Shown piece after piece: positions 30,469-39,627 of a DNA stretch of 64,000 nucleotides (position 1 is the stretch's first letter; each line of letters begins with the position of its first letter). The stretch spans positions 19,484-83,483 of the forward strand of contig CALWRK010000001.1 in NCBI GenBank assembly GCA_944383935.1, in the 5' to 3' direction. The notes beneath the pieces are model-generated. The model was not told where the DNA came from and did not search any database. It saw nothing but the letters and a program-made list of their open reading frames with translations. The DNA comes from an uncultured Clostridia bacterium (GTDB lineage Bacteria; Bacillota; Clostridia; Christensenellales; UBA3700). A program made the translations under genes and the position numbers.

Positions 30469-30497
30469 ATTATATACCACCCGATTATTGTTGTCAA
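30469..30497 (-). promoter_or_regulatory. perfect consensus sigma-70 promoter directly abutting the lipoprotein ATG
   Basis: Minus strand TTGACA (30497-30492), 17 nt, TATAAT (30474-30469), then TTGAGT, then ATG at 30462. The A of the ATG is therefore the 7th nt after the -10 hexamer. Confidence 0.6.
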
Positions 30498-30498
30498 T

Positions 30499-32013
30499 TT
30501 ATACTTTTTCAACACTTATGTCATCACGAGCAAACAAGTCGGTCATGCGCAGTTTTTGCGCTTCCGAAGCCACGATATCCGCCGCCGCATCTGCCTCTTC
30601 GATGGTGTTATATTTTCCGAAAGAAAACCGAAGAGTGGAGCGCGATTCTCTCTCGCTCAACCCCATGGCGGTAAGCACATGAGATAGCACTGCCGAGCCG
30701 GAAGAGCACGCAGAACCTGCGGAGGCATATACTCCGCGTTCGTCAAGACGCGCCAAAAGCGCCTGAGCGTCCACACCATCGAAAGTTATGCACGAGTGAG
30801 AAGCAAGCCTGCTTCCCTTTGCCAAAACGCGGATATAGCCGCATTGTAAGTGCAATCTGCTTTCAAAGCGGTCGCGCATTTTTTGTATGCGCTCATCCTC
30901 AATCTTGCGCAAGCTGCACGCCCTTTCCAATGCATATCCTAAGGCGACTATCCCCGCTGTATTCAGCGTACCGGCGCGCTTGCCGCGCTCCTGTTCACCA
31001 CCATCCATAAACCTGTCGCATTTGACCTTATTGCGCTTATACAGTACGCCCACGCCTTTGGGGCAATAAAACTTATGTCCGCTCAAAGACATCATATCCG
31101 CATTCAACTCTGCTACACTCAAAGACAGATGCCCCGCCGCTTGTACTGCGTCCGTATGGAATGTTATTCCCCTTTCTTTCGCAACGGCACCCGCCTTAGC
31201 AATATCCATAATCGCTCCACTCTCGTTGTTCGCATACATAATGCTTATGAGTATTGTATCGCGGCGAATAGCCTCTTTCAGCCGTGACACGTCCACAGTT
31301 CCGTCTTTTTCCGCGGGAAGATATGTCACTTCATACCCTTCTCTTTCAAGCGAGCGGCAAGACTCCATAACCGCGGGATGTTCCACCGCCGTGGTGATGA
31401 TATGCCTACCCTTATCCTTCATGGCGAACGCAGTGCCTTTGATCGCCCAGTTGTCGCTTTCACTGCCTCCGCAAGTGAAGTATATCTCCCACGGATGCAC
31501 TCCCAAACAGGCGGCAATTCTCTCTCGCGATTCGTCCACAGCGTTAAGGGCACGTCTGCCCATGGCATGGAGAGACGACGCATTCCCGTATATATCGGTA
31601 ATATATGGGAGCATTTTTTGCACGATGTCCGCGTCCGCCTTTGTGGTGGCGGCATTATCCAAATATATTCCGCAATTAGCGCCTATCTTCACTTCGGAAG
31701 CGGCTTTTTCCACAATGTCCAGCACTCTTGAAGAAAAATCCTCTCCCTTTTCTTCACTTCCGCCCACGGCATTTAGTATATCTGCCGCACAAACGCATTT
31801 CCCCTCTTCCGACAGATAATATCCGCCATCCACGCCGCGTTTTGCAAGCACAAGACCTTTTTTGCGCAACAGGAAAAGCAGCTGTTCCAAATAGCGCGCG
31901 CTCACGCCCAATTCCGATGCGGCGATATTCACTCCGAGCACTTCGCCGTCTTTGAGTTTCGACAGCTTTTCGCATATATTCAAAGCGATTTTCTGTTTTT
32001 GCGTAAACTTCAT
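30499..32013 (-). CDS. Rrf2-family winged-helix domain fused to NifS/IscS-type cysteine desulfurase
   Basis: N-terminal about 110 aa with Rrf2 signature ARYLEQLLFLLRKKGLVLAKRGVDGGYYL. Continuous with a class-V aminotransferase: IYLDNAATT, PLP-lysine SLSGHKF, catalytic loop SAGSACSSG. Start placed at ATG 32013, because the TTG at 32067 is the -35 hexamer of its promoter. Confidence 0.85.
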   Translation of the reverse strand: MKFTQKQKIALNICEKLSKLKDGEVLGVNIAASELGVSARYLEQLLFLLRKKGLVLAKRGVDGGYYLSEEGKCVCAADILNAVGGSEEKGEDFSSRVLDIVEKAASEVKIGANCGIYLDNAATTKADADIVQKMLPYITDIYGNASSLHAMGRRALNAVDESRERIAACLGVHPWEIYFTCGGSESDNWAIKGTAFAMKDKGRHIITTAVEHPAVMESCRSLEREGYEVTYLPAEKDGTVDVSRLKEAIRRDTILISIMYANNESGAIMDIAKAGAVAKERGITFHTDAVQAAGHLSLSVAELNADMMSLSGHKFYCPKGVGVLYKRNKVKCDRFMDGGEQERGKRAGTLNTAGIVALGYALERACSLRKIEDERIQKMRDRFESRLHLQCGYIRVLAKGSRLASHSCITFDGVDAQALLARLDERGVYASAGSACSSGSAVLSHVLTAMGLSERESRSTLRFSFGKYNTIEEADAAADIVASEAQKLRMTDLFARDDISVEKV

Positions 32014-32038
32014 AATCTTTACCTTTTTACCGTAGATT

Positions 32039-32067
32039 ATTATATCACTGTTATCGTACTTAGTCAA
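32039..32067 (-). promoter_or_regulatory. putative promoter of the Rrf2-NifS gene
   Basis: Minus strand TTGACT (32067-32062), 17 nt, TATAAT (32044-32039) with TGa extended -10. About 25 nt to the ATG, AAAGG SD-like. Confidence 0.55.
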
Positions 32068-32092
32068 GCATAGTATTCCCCATGATAGAAGA

Positions 32093-32127
32093 TAAAAAAC
32101 AGGGCGCGCCGCAATGCAGCACGCCCC
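32093..32127 (-). terminator. probable glyA terminator
   Basis: GC-rich hairpin (GGGCG ... CGCCC with inner pairing), followed on the minus strand by TGTTTTTTATC. Confidence 0.55.
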
Positions 32128-32146
32128 GTATTGCCGGCAGAATATG

Positions 32147-33403
32147 TCAGCAATTTATGTCATTTTGGTAGATGGGATATTTCTCACACAGGCAAGCGAC
32201 TTTTTTGCTTACGTCCGCAACCGCTTCTTCGCCCCTGTCTATCACGTCGGCTATGCAGGCTGCGACCGCGTCCATATCCTCGGGCTGCATACCCCTTGTG
32301 GCAGTGGCGGGTGTTCCCAATCTTATGCCGGAGGTGACAAAGGGCTTTTGAGGATCGAAGGGAATGGCATTCTTGTTGACGGTGATATGCGCTGCGTCGA
32401 GCAGTTTCTCTATCTCTTTGCCCGTCTTGCCCTTTGAAGTGAGATCGACCAGCATCAGGTGGTTATCCGTACCGCCGGATACGAGCGAAACGCCGCGTTT
32501 AAGCAGTCCTTCCGCCAAGGCGGCGGCATTTTTAACCACTCTGTGCTGATATTCCTTGAATTCCGGCATCATAGCCTCCTTAAATGCAACTGCTTTGGCT
32601 GCGATTATATGCATGAGAGGCCCGCCCTGGGTTCCGGGGAATATCGCCTTATCTATCTTCTTTGCGAGCTCTTCGTCGTTGGTGAGCACAAGTCCGCCGC
32701 GCGGTCCGCGCAGAGTCTTATGTGTGGTGGAGGAGGTCACATGGGCATAGGGAATGGGCGAAGGATGTTCTCCCGCGGCAACCAATCCCGCTATATGCGC
32801 CATATCCACCATGAGATATGCGCCCACTTCATCGGCGATCTCTCTGAAACGTTTGAAATCTATTATCCTGGGATATGCGCTGGCGCCGGCGAGTATGAGC
32901 TTGGGCTTGCACTCTTTGGCAATGCGCTCCACTTCGTCGTAATTTATCGTGCACGTTTCCCTATCCACGCCGTAGGGGACGATATTGAAATACTTGCCGG
33001 AGATATTCACGGGAGAACCATGACTGAGGTGTCCGCCATGGGCGAGATTCATACTTAAAACGGTATCTCCGGGTTGAAGGAGTGCAAAGAACACCGCCAA
33101 ATTTGCATTTGCTCCGCTGTGCGCCTGAACGTTTGCAAAGTTTGCTCCGAACAACTTTTTCGCCCTGTCTATGGCAAGATTTTCCGCCATATCCACAAAC
33201 TCGCATCCGCCGTAATACCTCTTTGCGGGATATCCCTCTGCATACTTATTCGTAAAGAAGGTGCCCATCGCCGCCATGACCGCCGGAGATACGATATTTT
33301 CGCTGGCTATAAGCTCCAAGTTGTTGCGTTGACGTCCGAGTTCCAGCTCGAATGATTTGTACAGTTCGGGGTCAAAGTCCTTGATTATTTTGAGATCTAC
33401 CAT
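32147..33403 (-). CDS. glyA: serine hydroxymethyltransferase
   Basis: [14 protein letters not shown] and the PLP-lysine motif [15 protein letters not shown]. Confidence 0.97.
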   Translation of the reverse strand: MVDLKIIKDFDPELYKSFELELGRQRNNLELIASENIVSPAVMAAMGTFFTNKYAEGYPAKRYYGGCEFVDMAENLAIDRAKKLFGANFANVQAHSGANANLAVFFALLQPGDTVLSMNLAHGGHLSHGSPVNISGKYFNIVPYGVDRETCTINYDEVERIAKECKPKLILAGASAYPRIIDFKRFREIADEVGAYLMVDMAHIAGLVAAGEHPSPIPYAHVTSSTTHKTLRGPRGGLVLTNDEELAKKIDKAIFPGTQGGPLMHIIAAKAVAFKEAMMPEFKEYQHRVVKNAAALAEGLLKRGVSLVSGGTDNHLMLVDLTSKGKTGKEIEKLLDAAHITVNKNAIPFDPQKPFVTSGIRLGTPATATRGMQPEDMDAVAACIADVIDRGEEAVADVSKKVACLCEKYPIYQNDINC

Positions 33404-33421
33404 AATTTATACCTCTTTTGT

Positions 33422-35218
33422 TTATTTATTCTCTGTTTTGCCGCTTATCTCTATGGAAAGTTCGATAAGCTGTTTATCGTCCACTTTTGCGGGCGCGCCC
33501 GTCATAAGGCAGGACGCATTTTGAATCTTGGGGAAGGCTATCACGTCCTTTATATTGTCACATCCGGTAACCAGCATGACAAGTCTATCTAAGCCAAAAG
33601 CCAACCCTCCGTGCGGCGGAGCGCCGTACTTAAAGGCGTCCACGAAGAACCCGAAACGCGCCTTTATATCCTCATCGCTCATGCCCAGCTTTTCAAACAT
33701 CTTTTGCTGCATACCGGGGTCGTGTATTCTTATACTTCCGCCGCCCGCTTCCTGACCGTTTATAACCAAGTCGTAGGCGTTGGCTCTGGCGGCAAGCGGA
33801 TCTGCGTCCAAAAGCGGAATATCCTCGCTCTTCACGCTGGTGAAGGGATGGTGCACCGCCACCAATCTTCCCTCCTCCTCGCTGTATTCGAACATGGGAA
33901 AGTCCACCACCCAGAGGAAATCGTACTTACTTTTATCATAGAGGTTATACTTATCCGCAAGATAGCACCTCAGTCCGCCCAGGCAATCTGTTACCAGCTG
34001 TCCTTTTTCACTGGCGGCAAAGAAGAGTATATCCCCCTCTTCCGCGCCCGTAATCTCCTCTATCTTTGCAATGATTTCGGGTGTGAGGAACTTGTAGAAA
34101 GAAGCGGTTACGCCCTCTTTCTTATAATTTGCAAAGGCAAGCCCTCCCAATCCGTAGCCCTTGGCAAAATCGGCGCAGGCGTCTATATCCTTTCTGGTCA
34201 TAACCTTCCCCAAGCCCTTGGCGTTAATGGCTCTGACCGCTCCCTTTTCCGCCGCTTGCGCAAATACGGAAAATCCGCAGCCCTTGACTTGGGAAGTGAT
34301 GTCTTTCAACTCCAAGTCAAAGCGGGTATCCGGCTTATCGCTACCCCAGCGCGCCATGGCTTCGGCGTACGGAATGCGTCGGAATTTACCGTCGAATTTC
34401 AAGCCACAGCACTCGGAGAACACCTTTTTAATCATCTCTTCGGCTATCTCCATGACGTCCTCGCTGTCCTCCACATAGCTCATTTCCATATCTATCTGAG
34501 TGAACTCCGGCTGGCGATTTGCCCTCAAATCTTCATCTCTGAAACACCTTGCCACCTGGTAATATCTGTCCATCCCGGCTATCATCAAAAGCTGTTTATA
34601 CAGCTGGGGGGATTGAGGCAGAGCGTAAAACTCTCCCGGATGTACGCGGGAAGGCACCAAATAGTCGCGCGCGCCCTCGGGAGTGGATTTACCCAAAAAA
34701 GGCGTTTCTATCTCCAAAAAACCGTTATCCGCAAGATAATTCCTGACGATACGGGTTATCCTGTCGCGCATAATCAGCTTTTGTTGCAGATATGCCCTTC
34801 TCAAATCCAAATAGCGATATTTAAGTCTGAGCGTTTCCGCCGCCTTGACGTCTTCGCATATCACAAAGGGCGCCACTTCCGCTTCCGAGAGAATTTTCAG
34901 CGTATCCGCCAATATCTCTATCTCGCCGGTGGGCAGATTCTTGTTTATATTGCTTCCTCTGCTCCTAACCACGCCTTCACAACACACCACATATTCGTTG
35001 CGCAAACTCTCCGCTTTCATGAAAACCTCTTCATCCACGGCGGAATCAAATGCCACCTGCACGATACCCGTGCGATCGCGCACATCTATAAATATCAGAT
35101 TACCCAGATTGCGATATTTGGCTACGAAGCCCATGACCACGGCGCGCGCGCCTTCGTCTTTGCCTCTGAGCTGTCCGCACATATGAGTGCGCTTTGCTCC
35201 GTTCAATAATTCGCTCAT
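33422..35218 (-). CDS. aspS: aspartate--tRNA ligase
   Basis: OB anticodon-binding N-domain. Class II motifs FRDEDLRANRQPEFTQID, GGGSIRIH and GLAFGLDRLVM. Confidence 0.97.
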   Translation of the reverse strand: MSELLNGAKRTHMCGQLRGKDEGARAVVMGFVAKYRNLGNLIFIDVRDRTGIVQVAFDSAVDEEVFMKAESLRNEYVVCCEGVVRSRGSNINKNLPTGEIEILADTLKILSEAEVAPFVICEDVKAAETLRLKYRYLDLRRAYLQQKLIMRDRITRIVRNYLADNGFLEIETPFLGKSTPEGARDYLVPSRVHPGEFYALPQSPQLYKQLLMIAGMDRYYQVARCFRDEDLRANRQPEFTQIDMEMSYVEDSEDVMEIAEEMIKKVFSECCGLKFDGKFRRIPYAEAMARWGSDKPDTRFDLELKDITSQVKGCGFSVFAQAAEKGAVRAINAKGLGKVMTRKDIDACADFAKGYGLGGLAFANYKKEGVTASFYKFLTPEIIAKIEEITGAEEGDILFFAASEKGQLVTDCLGGLRCYLADKYNLYDKSKYDFLWVVDFPMFEYSEEEGRLVAVHHPFTSVKSEDIPLLDADPLAARANAYDLVINGQEAGGGSIRIHDPGMQQKMFEKLGMSDEDIKARFGFFVDAFKYGAPPHGGLAFGLDRLVMLVTGCDNIKDVIAFPKIQNASCLMTGAPAKVDDKQLIELSIEISGKTENK

Positions 35219-36462
35219 TTCAAAGCCTCCGTAAGCTCTTCTTCCGTCATGGCGCAGCTTGTGCCGTCCGCCATGTTCTTAACGGTATATATTCCTTTGA
35301 CTATTTCATCCTCTCCGATAAACACGACCTTTCGCGCGCCTATCTTGGAGGCGTATTTTAACTGCGCTTTCAAACTCCTGCCCGAGATTTCCCTCTCCAC
35401 GGCAAAGCCTTTTTCGCGCAGACGGCACGCCATACCCAGCGACACGCCGTAGCCCTCTTCGCAAAGCGGCGCCAAATATACGTCCGGTCCCTTGGGCAGA
35501 GGTATCTCTGCTCCCGTATTCTGCATCACCATCAAGAGGCGCTCTATTCCCATGCCGAATCCCGCAGCCGGCGTAGGTTTCCCTCCCACCTGCTTTACCA
35601 GCCCGTCATATCTGCCGCCTCCGCACACCGTGCCCTGTGCGCCTATGGCGTTGCTTATGAATTCGAACACTGTTCTCGTATAATAATCCAATCCGCGTAC
35701 TATGTGCGGATTAACCGTATACTTGACTCCCGCCGTTTCCAGCGCCTTGCACAGCTGCTCGTGATGACTTCTGCACTCATCGCACAGATAATCCAAAATC
35801 ACGGGCGCTTCGTCTGCTATCTTCTTACATCCTTCTTCTTTGCAATCCAATATACGCAAGGGGTTTTTATCCAGCCTTTCACGGCAAGTGGAGCACATCT
35901 CTTCTATATGAGCGCCGAAATATTCCTTCAATGCCCCGTTATATTCCGCCCTGCACTCAGGACAGCCTATGGAATTGATGTTAAGGGACAGGTCTTTTAT
36001 ACCCACCTTATGCAGCATCGCGCGGGCTATGAGTATCACCTCCGCGTCTGCCTGAGCGGTTGCAGAGCCGTACACTTCCACGCCGAACTGGTGATGTTCG
36101 CGCAGTCTGCCCGCCTGAGGACGCTCGTATCTGAATACGGGCGTAATATAGTACATCTTGGTGGGCTGGGGATTTTCTCCCAGTCCGTTTTCTATAAAGG
36201 CGCGGGCAACTCCCGCCGTACCTTCCGGTTTGAGCGTGATACTCCTGCCTCCCTTGTCGTTGAAGGTATACATCTCTTTGTTGACTATATCCGTCGTATC
36301 TCCCACACCTCGCATAAAAAGTTCGGTATGTTCGAACACAGGCGTGCGGATCTCCTGCAAACAAAACTCCTCTGCCACCTCGCGCACCTTGTCTTCCACA
36401 TAGTGCCACTTATACGATTCGGACGGAGTTACGTCTTTTGTACCTTTTGGTATATTTATCAT
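35215..36462 (-). CDS. hisS: histidine--tRNA ligase
   Basis: GTKDVTP, FRYERPQAGRLREHHQFGVE and GGGRYDGL. 4-nt overlap with aspS. Confidence 0.97.
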   Translation of the reverse strand: MINIPKGTKDVTPSESYKWHYVEDKVREVAEEFCLQEIRTPVFEHTELFMRGVGDTTDIVNKEMYTFNDKGGRSITLKPEGTAGVARAFIENGLGENPQPTKMYYITPVFRYERPQAGRLREHHQFGVEVYGSATAQADAEVILIARAMLHKVGIKDLSLNINSIGCPECRAEYNGALKEYFGAHIEEMCSTCRERLDKNPLRILDCKEEGCKKIADEAPVILDYLCDECRSHHEQLCKALETAGVKYTVNPHIVRGLDYYTRTVFEFISNAIGAQGTVCGGGRYDGLVKQVGGKPTPAAGFGMGIERLLMVMQNTGAEIPLPKGPDVYLAPLCEEGYGVSLGMACRLREKGFAVEREISGRSLKAQLKYASKIGARKVVFIGEDEIVKGIYTVKNMADGTSCAMTEEELTEALK

Positions 36463-36469
36463 GACTGCC

Positions 36470-37783
36470 TCACAGTATATATTTTTTCAGATTCTGCGCC
36501 TTGATCGAGCCTGAAAGATGCGTTTCCACATAGTGCCTGTCCACCGTAACTTCCACAGGGGAAGTGAGATTTCCTGCATTGAATGAGATATCTTCCAGCA
36601 AGTTCTCCATGATGGTGTGCAACCTGCGCGCGCCTATATCTTCGTTGTTGTCGTTCTCGCTCACCGCTATCTCCGCAATGAGATCTATCGCCTCTTTTGT
36701 AAATTTGAGTTCCACGTTGTCCACGCGCAAAAGCTCGGTATATTGTTTCAATATGGCGTTATCCGTCTGCGTGAGTATGCGCGCGAAATCCTCCTTGCCC
36801 AAGCTGTCGAGTTTGACCAAAATGGGAAATCTGCCTTGAAGTTCGGGTATTAAGTCCGAAACCTTTGCAATATGGAATGCTCCCGCCGCGATAAAGAGGA
36901 TATAGTCCGTCTTGATTATCCCATACTTGGTGTTCACCGTGCAGCCCTCCACTATGGGCAGGATGTCGCGCTGTACGCCCTCTCTCGACACGTCGGGTCC
37001 GCTGGTATTGCCGCGCGCGGTTATCTTGTCTATTTCGTCGATAAAGATAATTCCCTCGTTTTCCGCACGTTCGATGGCTTCGGCGTTCACGTTATCCATA
37101 TCTATCAGCTTGTCCGCCTCCGCGCTCATAAGCAACTCTCTCGCCTTCTTAACGGTAAGTTTGCGCTTGCGCTTGCGTTTGGGGAGGATTCCGCCGAGCA
37201 TCTCTCCTATGTTTATCTCCATTCCCGAACCGGGCACGAGTTGCTGAGGCTTGGGACTTTCCACCATCTCTATTTCTATGGTGTAGTTATCCATCTCCCC
37301 CTTTCTGTATGCCTCCGCGGCAGCCTTTTGAATTTCCTTGGCGTCCGTGCCCTCGGGCATCTCCTTTCCTTTGATACCGGCAAGTACGGGCATGAGTATA
37401 TTCTCCACCGAAGCGGCGGCTTTGCCTTCCACTTCCTTGTACTTTTCATCTTTCACCAGGCGGACGGATACTTCCACCAAATCCCTGACCATGGACTCCA
37501 CGTCGCGTCCCACATAGCCCACTTCGGTAAACTTGGTAGCTTCCGCCTTCACAAACGGAGCTTTTACGAGTTTTGCAAGTCTCCTGGCTATTTCCGTCTT
37601 TCCCACGCCCGTGGGACCTTGCATTATGATGTTTTTGGGCGTTATTTCCTGCCTAAGTTCTGGGCTGAGGCGCGAACGGCGATAGCGGTTTCTCAATGCG
37701 ACGGCTACCGCACGCTTTGCCTTGTCCTGACCTATGATATATCTGTCCAGTTCCGTTATTATCTGTTTGGGAGTCAATTCCAT
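36470..37783 (-). CDS. hslU: ATP-dependent protease ATPase subunit HslU
   Basis: [17 protein letters not shown], Walker [16 protein letters not shown] and IIFIDEIDK. Start placed at ATG 37783 (GGAGGAGG upstream, 1 nt after the hslV stop), not 37813. Confidence 0.95.
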   Translation of the reverse strand: MELTPKQIITELDRYIIGQDKAKRAVAVALRNRYRRSRLSPELRQEITPKNIIMQGPTGVGKTEIARRLAKLVKAPFVKAEATKFTEVGYVGRDVESMVRDLVEVSVRLVKDEKYKEVEGKAAASVENILMPVLAGIKGKEMPEGTDAKEIQKAAAEAYRKGEMDNYTIEIEMVESPKPQQLVPGSGMEINIGEMLGGILPKRKRKRKLTVKKARELLMSAEADKLIDMDNVNAEAIERAENEGIIFIDEIDKITARGNTSGPDVSREGVQRDILPIVEGCTVNTKYGIIKTDYILFIAAGAFHIAKVSDLIPELQGRFPILVKLDSLGKEDFARILTQTDNAILKQYTELLRVDNVELKFTKEAIDLIAEIAVSENDNNEDIGARRLHTIMENLLEDISFNAGNLTSPVEVTVDRHYVETHLSGSIKAQNLKKYIL

Positions 37784-37784
37784 A

Positions 37785-38318
37785 TCACACCTCCTCCACG
37801 ATGATATTGTCATTGGTGAAAACGCACAGCTGACTTGCTATCAACAGCGCTTTTTTCGCTATTTGAGCGGCGGAAAGTTCCGTTTCCTGCAAGAGGGCGC
37901 GCGCCGCCGCCAAGGCGTAGTTGCCGCCCGAACCTATGGCGCAGGCGTCCCCGTCCGGGTCGATGACGTCGCCGTTACCTGACACGATAAACAGATTATC
38001 CTTATCGGCAACTATCATCATGGCGTCCAGCTTGCGCTGGTATTTGTCTCCGCGCCACATCTCGGCAAGTTCCACCGCGCTGCGCATAAGATTGCCTGAA
38101 TATTTTTGCAGCATACCTTCGAATTTTTCCGAAAGAGAGAATGCGTCCGCCACGCTGCCGGCAAAGCCTATCACAACCTTGTCGTCATATATACGCTTGA
38201 CCTTTCTGGCGTTGGATTTGAAGACCACGCTCTCTCCTATTGTCACCTGTCCGTCGCCCGCAACGGCTATCTTGCCGTTACGCCTGACAGCGCAAATGGT
38301 AGTTCCTCTGAATTCCAT
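37785..38318 (-). CDS. hslV: ATP-dependent protease subunit HslV
   Basis: [11 protein letters not shown] with catalytic N-terminal Thr after Met processing, and GSGGNYA. Start placed at the internal Met 38318. The ORF-track start 38390 overlaps trmFO. Confidence 0.93.
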   Translation of the reverse strand: MEFRGTTICAVRRNGKIAVAGDGQVTIGESVVFKSNARKVKRIYDDKVVIGFAGSVADAFSLSEKFEGMLQKYSGNLMRSAVELAEMWRGDKYQRKLDAMMIVADKDNLFIVSGNGDVIDPDGDACAIGSGGNYALAAARALLQETELSAAQIAKKALLIASQLCVFTNDNIIVEEV

Positions 38319-38328
38319 ATTTTCTCCT

Positions 38329-39627
38329 TTACAGTCCCGCGTCCGCACACGCGCGTTCCATATCTTGGATACCGCGCAGAGTGTAGGCACGTTTCCGCTG
38401 TTTTTTATCCTTTATTTTACCGCCATCCAACGGCGGAAGAATACCGAAGTTTGCGTTCATGGGCTGATAATTGCCCGCCGGCGAAGTGATATGCCTGCAA
38501 AGAGCGCCGCATATCGTGCTCTTCGGCGGCACAAACGGCGCCTTACGATTAGCCCGTCTGTCCGCATTTATCGCTCCCATCAGTCCTGAAGCTATGCTCT
38601 CCACATACCCCTCAACTCCGCTCAACTGTCCTATGACGAACACATTTTCATCGCTCTTCAATGAAAAGTCCGCGTTCATCACGCCCGGAGCGTTGACATA
38701 TGTATTCCTATGCATTATGCCATACCTGAGGTATTCCGCTGCTGTCAGCGCAGGTATGAGCGAGAACACCCTCTTTTGCTCGGAAAATTTCAGATTGGTC
38801 TGAAATCCCACCAAGTTATAGGCGTCACCCGCCAAATTTTCCCTGCGCAGTTGCAACACCGCATACGGTTTGCTCCCGTCGGGCATTCTAAGTCCCACCG
38901 GACGCAGCGGTCCGTATCTCATGGCGTCTTCTCCGCGCGCCGCCAATACCTCTATCGGCATACACCCTTCAAACACATCTCCCTTCTCAAAGTCGTGCAG
39001 CACGGCCCTTTCTGCGGATATGAGTTCCTTTCTGAACAGTTCGTACTCTTGCCGAGTCATGGGGCAGTTCAGATAGTCCGCTTCCCCTTTATCATACCTC
39101 GCTGCAAAGTACGCCTTTTCCATATCAATGCTGTCTGCGCTCACTATGGGCGCAACTGCGTCGTAAAAATGCAATCCTGCGCCGCACTTTTCGCAAAGAT
39201 ATTCAGCCATCTTTTCCGAAACCATCGGACCGCAGGCGATGAGGGTAATCCCCTCTTCTTCCGCGCCGTCCGCCTCGCACCTGATCACTTTTACTCCCAG
39301 ACTTTTCAGCTTTTCTTCCGTAAGAGCACTAAAAAGACTCCTATCCACCGCCAAAGCGCCGCCCGCGGGCACCGCCGCCTTGTATGCAAGTTTCAAAAGT
39401 GAGCAGTGCATCAGTTCCAGCTCCGCTTTGAGCATACCCGACGCGGTATCCTCCCCCACGGATTTCAAACTGTTGCTGCACACAAGTTCCGCAAGATGTT
39501 CCGTCTTGTGACAGGGCGTATTCTTTACCCCTCTCATCTCCTTTACGGTGACGTCATGACCGCGCGAAGCAAGATAGCACGCCGCTTCGCATCCGGCAAG
39601 TCCTCCGCCTATGACGGTCATCTTCAC
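38329..39627 (-). CDS. trmFO: methylenetetrahydrofolate--tRNA-(uracil54-C5)-methyltransferase TrmFO
   Basis: FAD-binding [12 protein letters not shown]. Conserved topA-trmFO-hslVU order. Confidence 0.93.
   Translation of the reverse strand: MKMTVIGGGLAGCEAACYLASRGHDVTVKEMRGVKNTPCHKTEHLAELVCSNSLKSVGEDTASGMLKAELELMHCSLLKLAYKAAVPAGGALAVDRSLFSALTEEKLKSLGVKVIRCEADGAEEEGITLIACGPMVSEKMAEYLCEKCGAGLHFYDAVAPIVSADSIDMEKAYFAARYDKGEADYLNCPMTRQEYELFRKELISAERAVLHDFEKGDVFEGCMPIEVLAARGEDAMRYGPLRPVGLRMPDGSKPYAVLQLRRENLAGDAYNLVGFQTNLKFSEQKRVFSLIPALTAAEYLRYGIMHRNTYVNAPGVMNADFSLKSDENVFVIGQLSGVEGYVESIASGLMGAINADRRANRKAPFVPPKSTICGALCRHITSPAGNYQPMNANFGILPPLDGGKIKDKKQRKRAYTLRGIQDMERACADAGL

Noticed and set aside
32014-32067. 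18-codon N-terminal extension (TTG start) of the Rrf2-NifS ORF
   Set aside because: The TTG is the first three bases of a TTGACT -35 hexamer, and the extension contains the TGATATAAT extended -10. The ATG at 32013 gives a normal Rrf2 N-terminus.
36463-36469. Search for a T-box leader upstream of hisS-aspS, and for riboswitch-sized leaders upstream of glyA, the NSS transporter and the MFS gene
   Set aside because: The gaps are only 7 nt (hisS) and 18 nt (glyA). The 115-nt gap before the NSS gene and the 200-nt gap before the MFS gene hold simple promoter and terminator elements, with no conserved riboswitch core that I could recognise.
37784-38390. N-terminal extensions of hslU (to 37813) and hslV (to 38390) in the ORF track
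   Set aside because: The extensions overlap the upstream genes and lack RBSs. The internal ATGs are preceded by GGAGGAGG (hslU) or give the canonical MEFRGTT... catalytic-Thr N-terminus (hslV).
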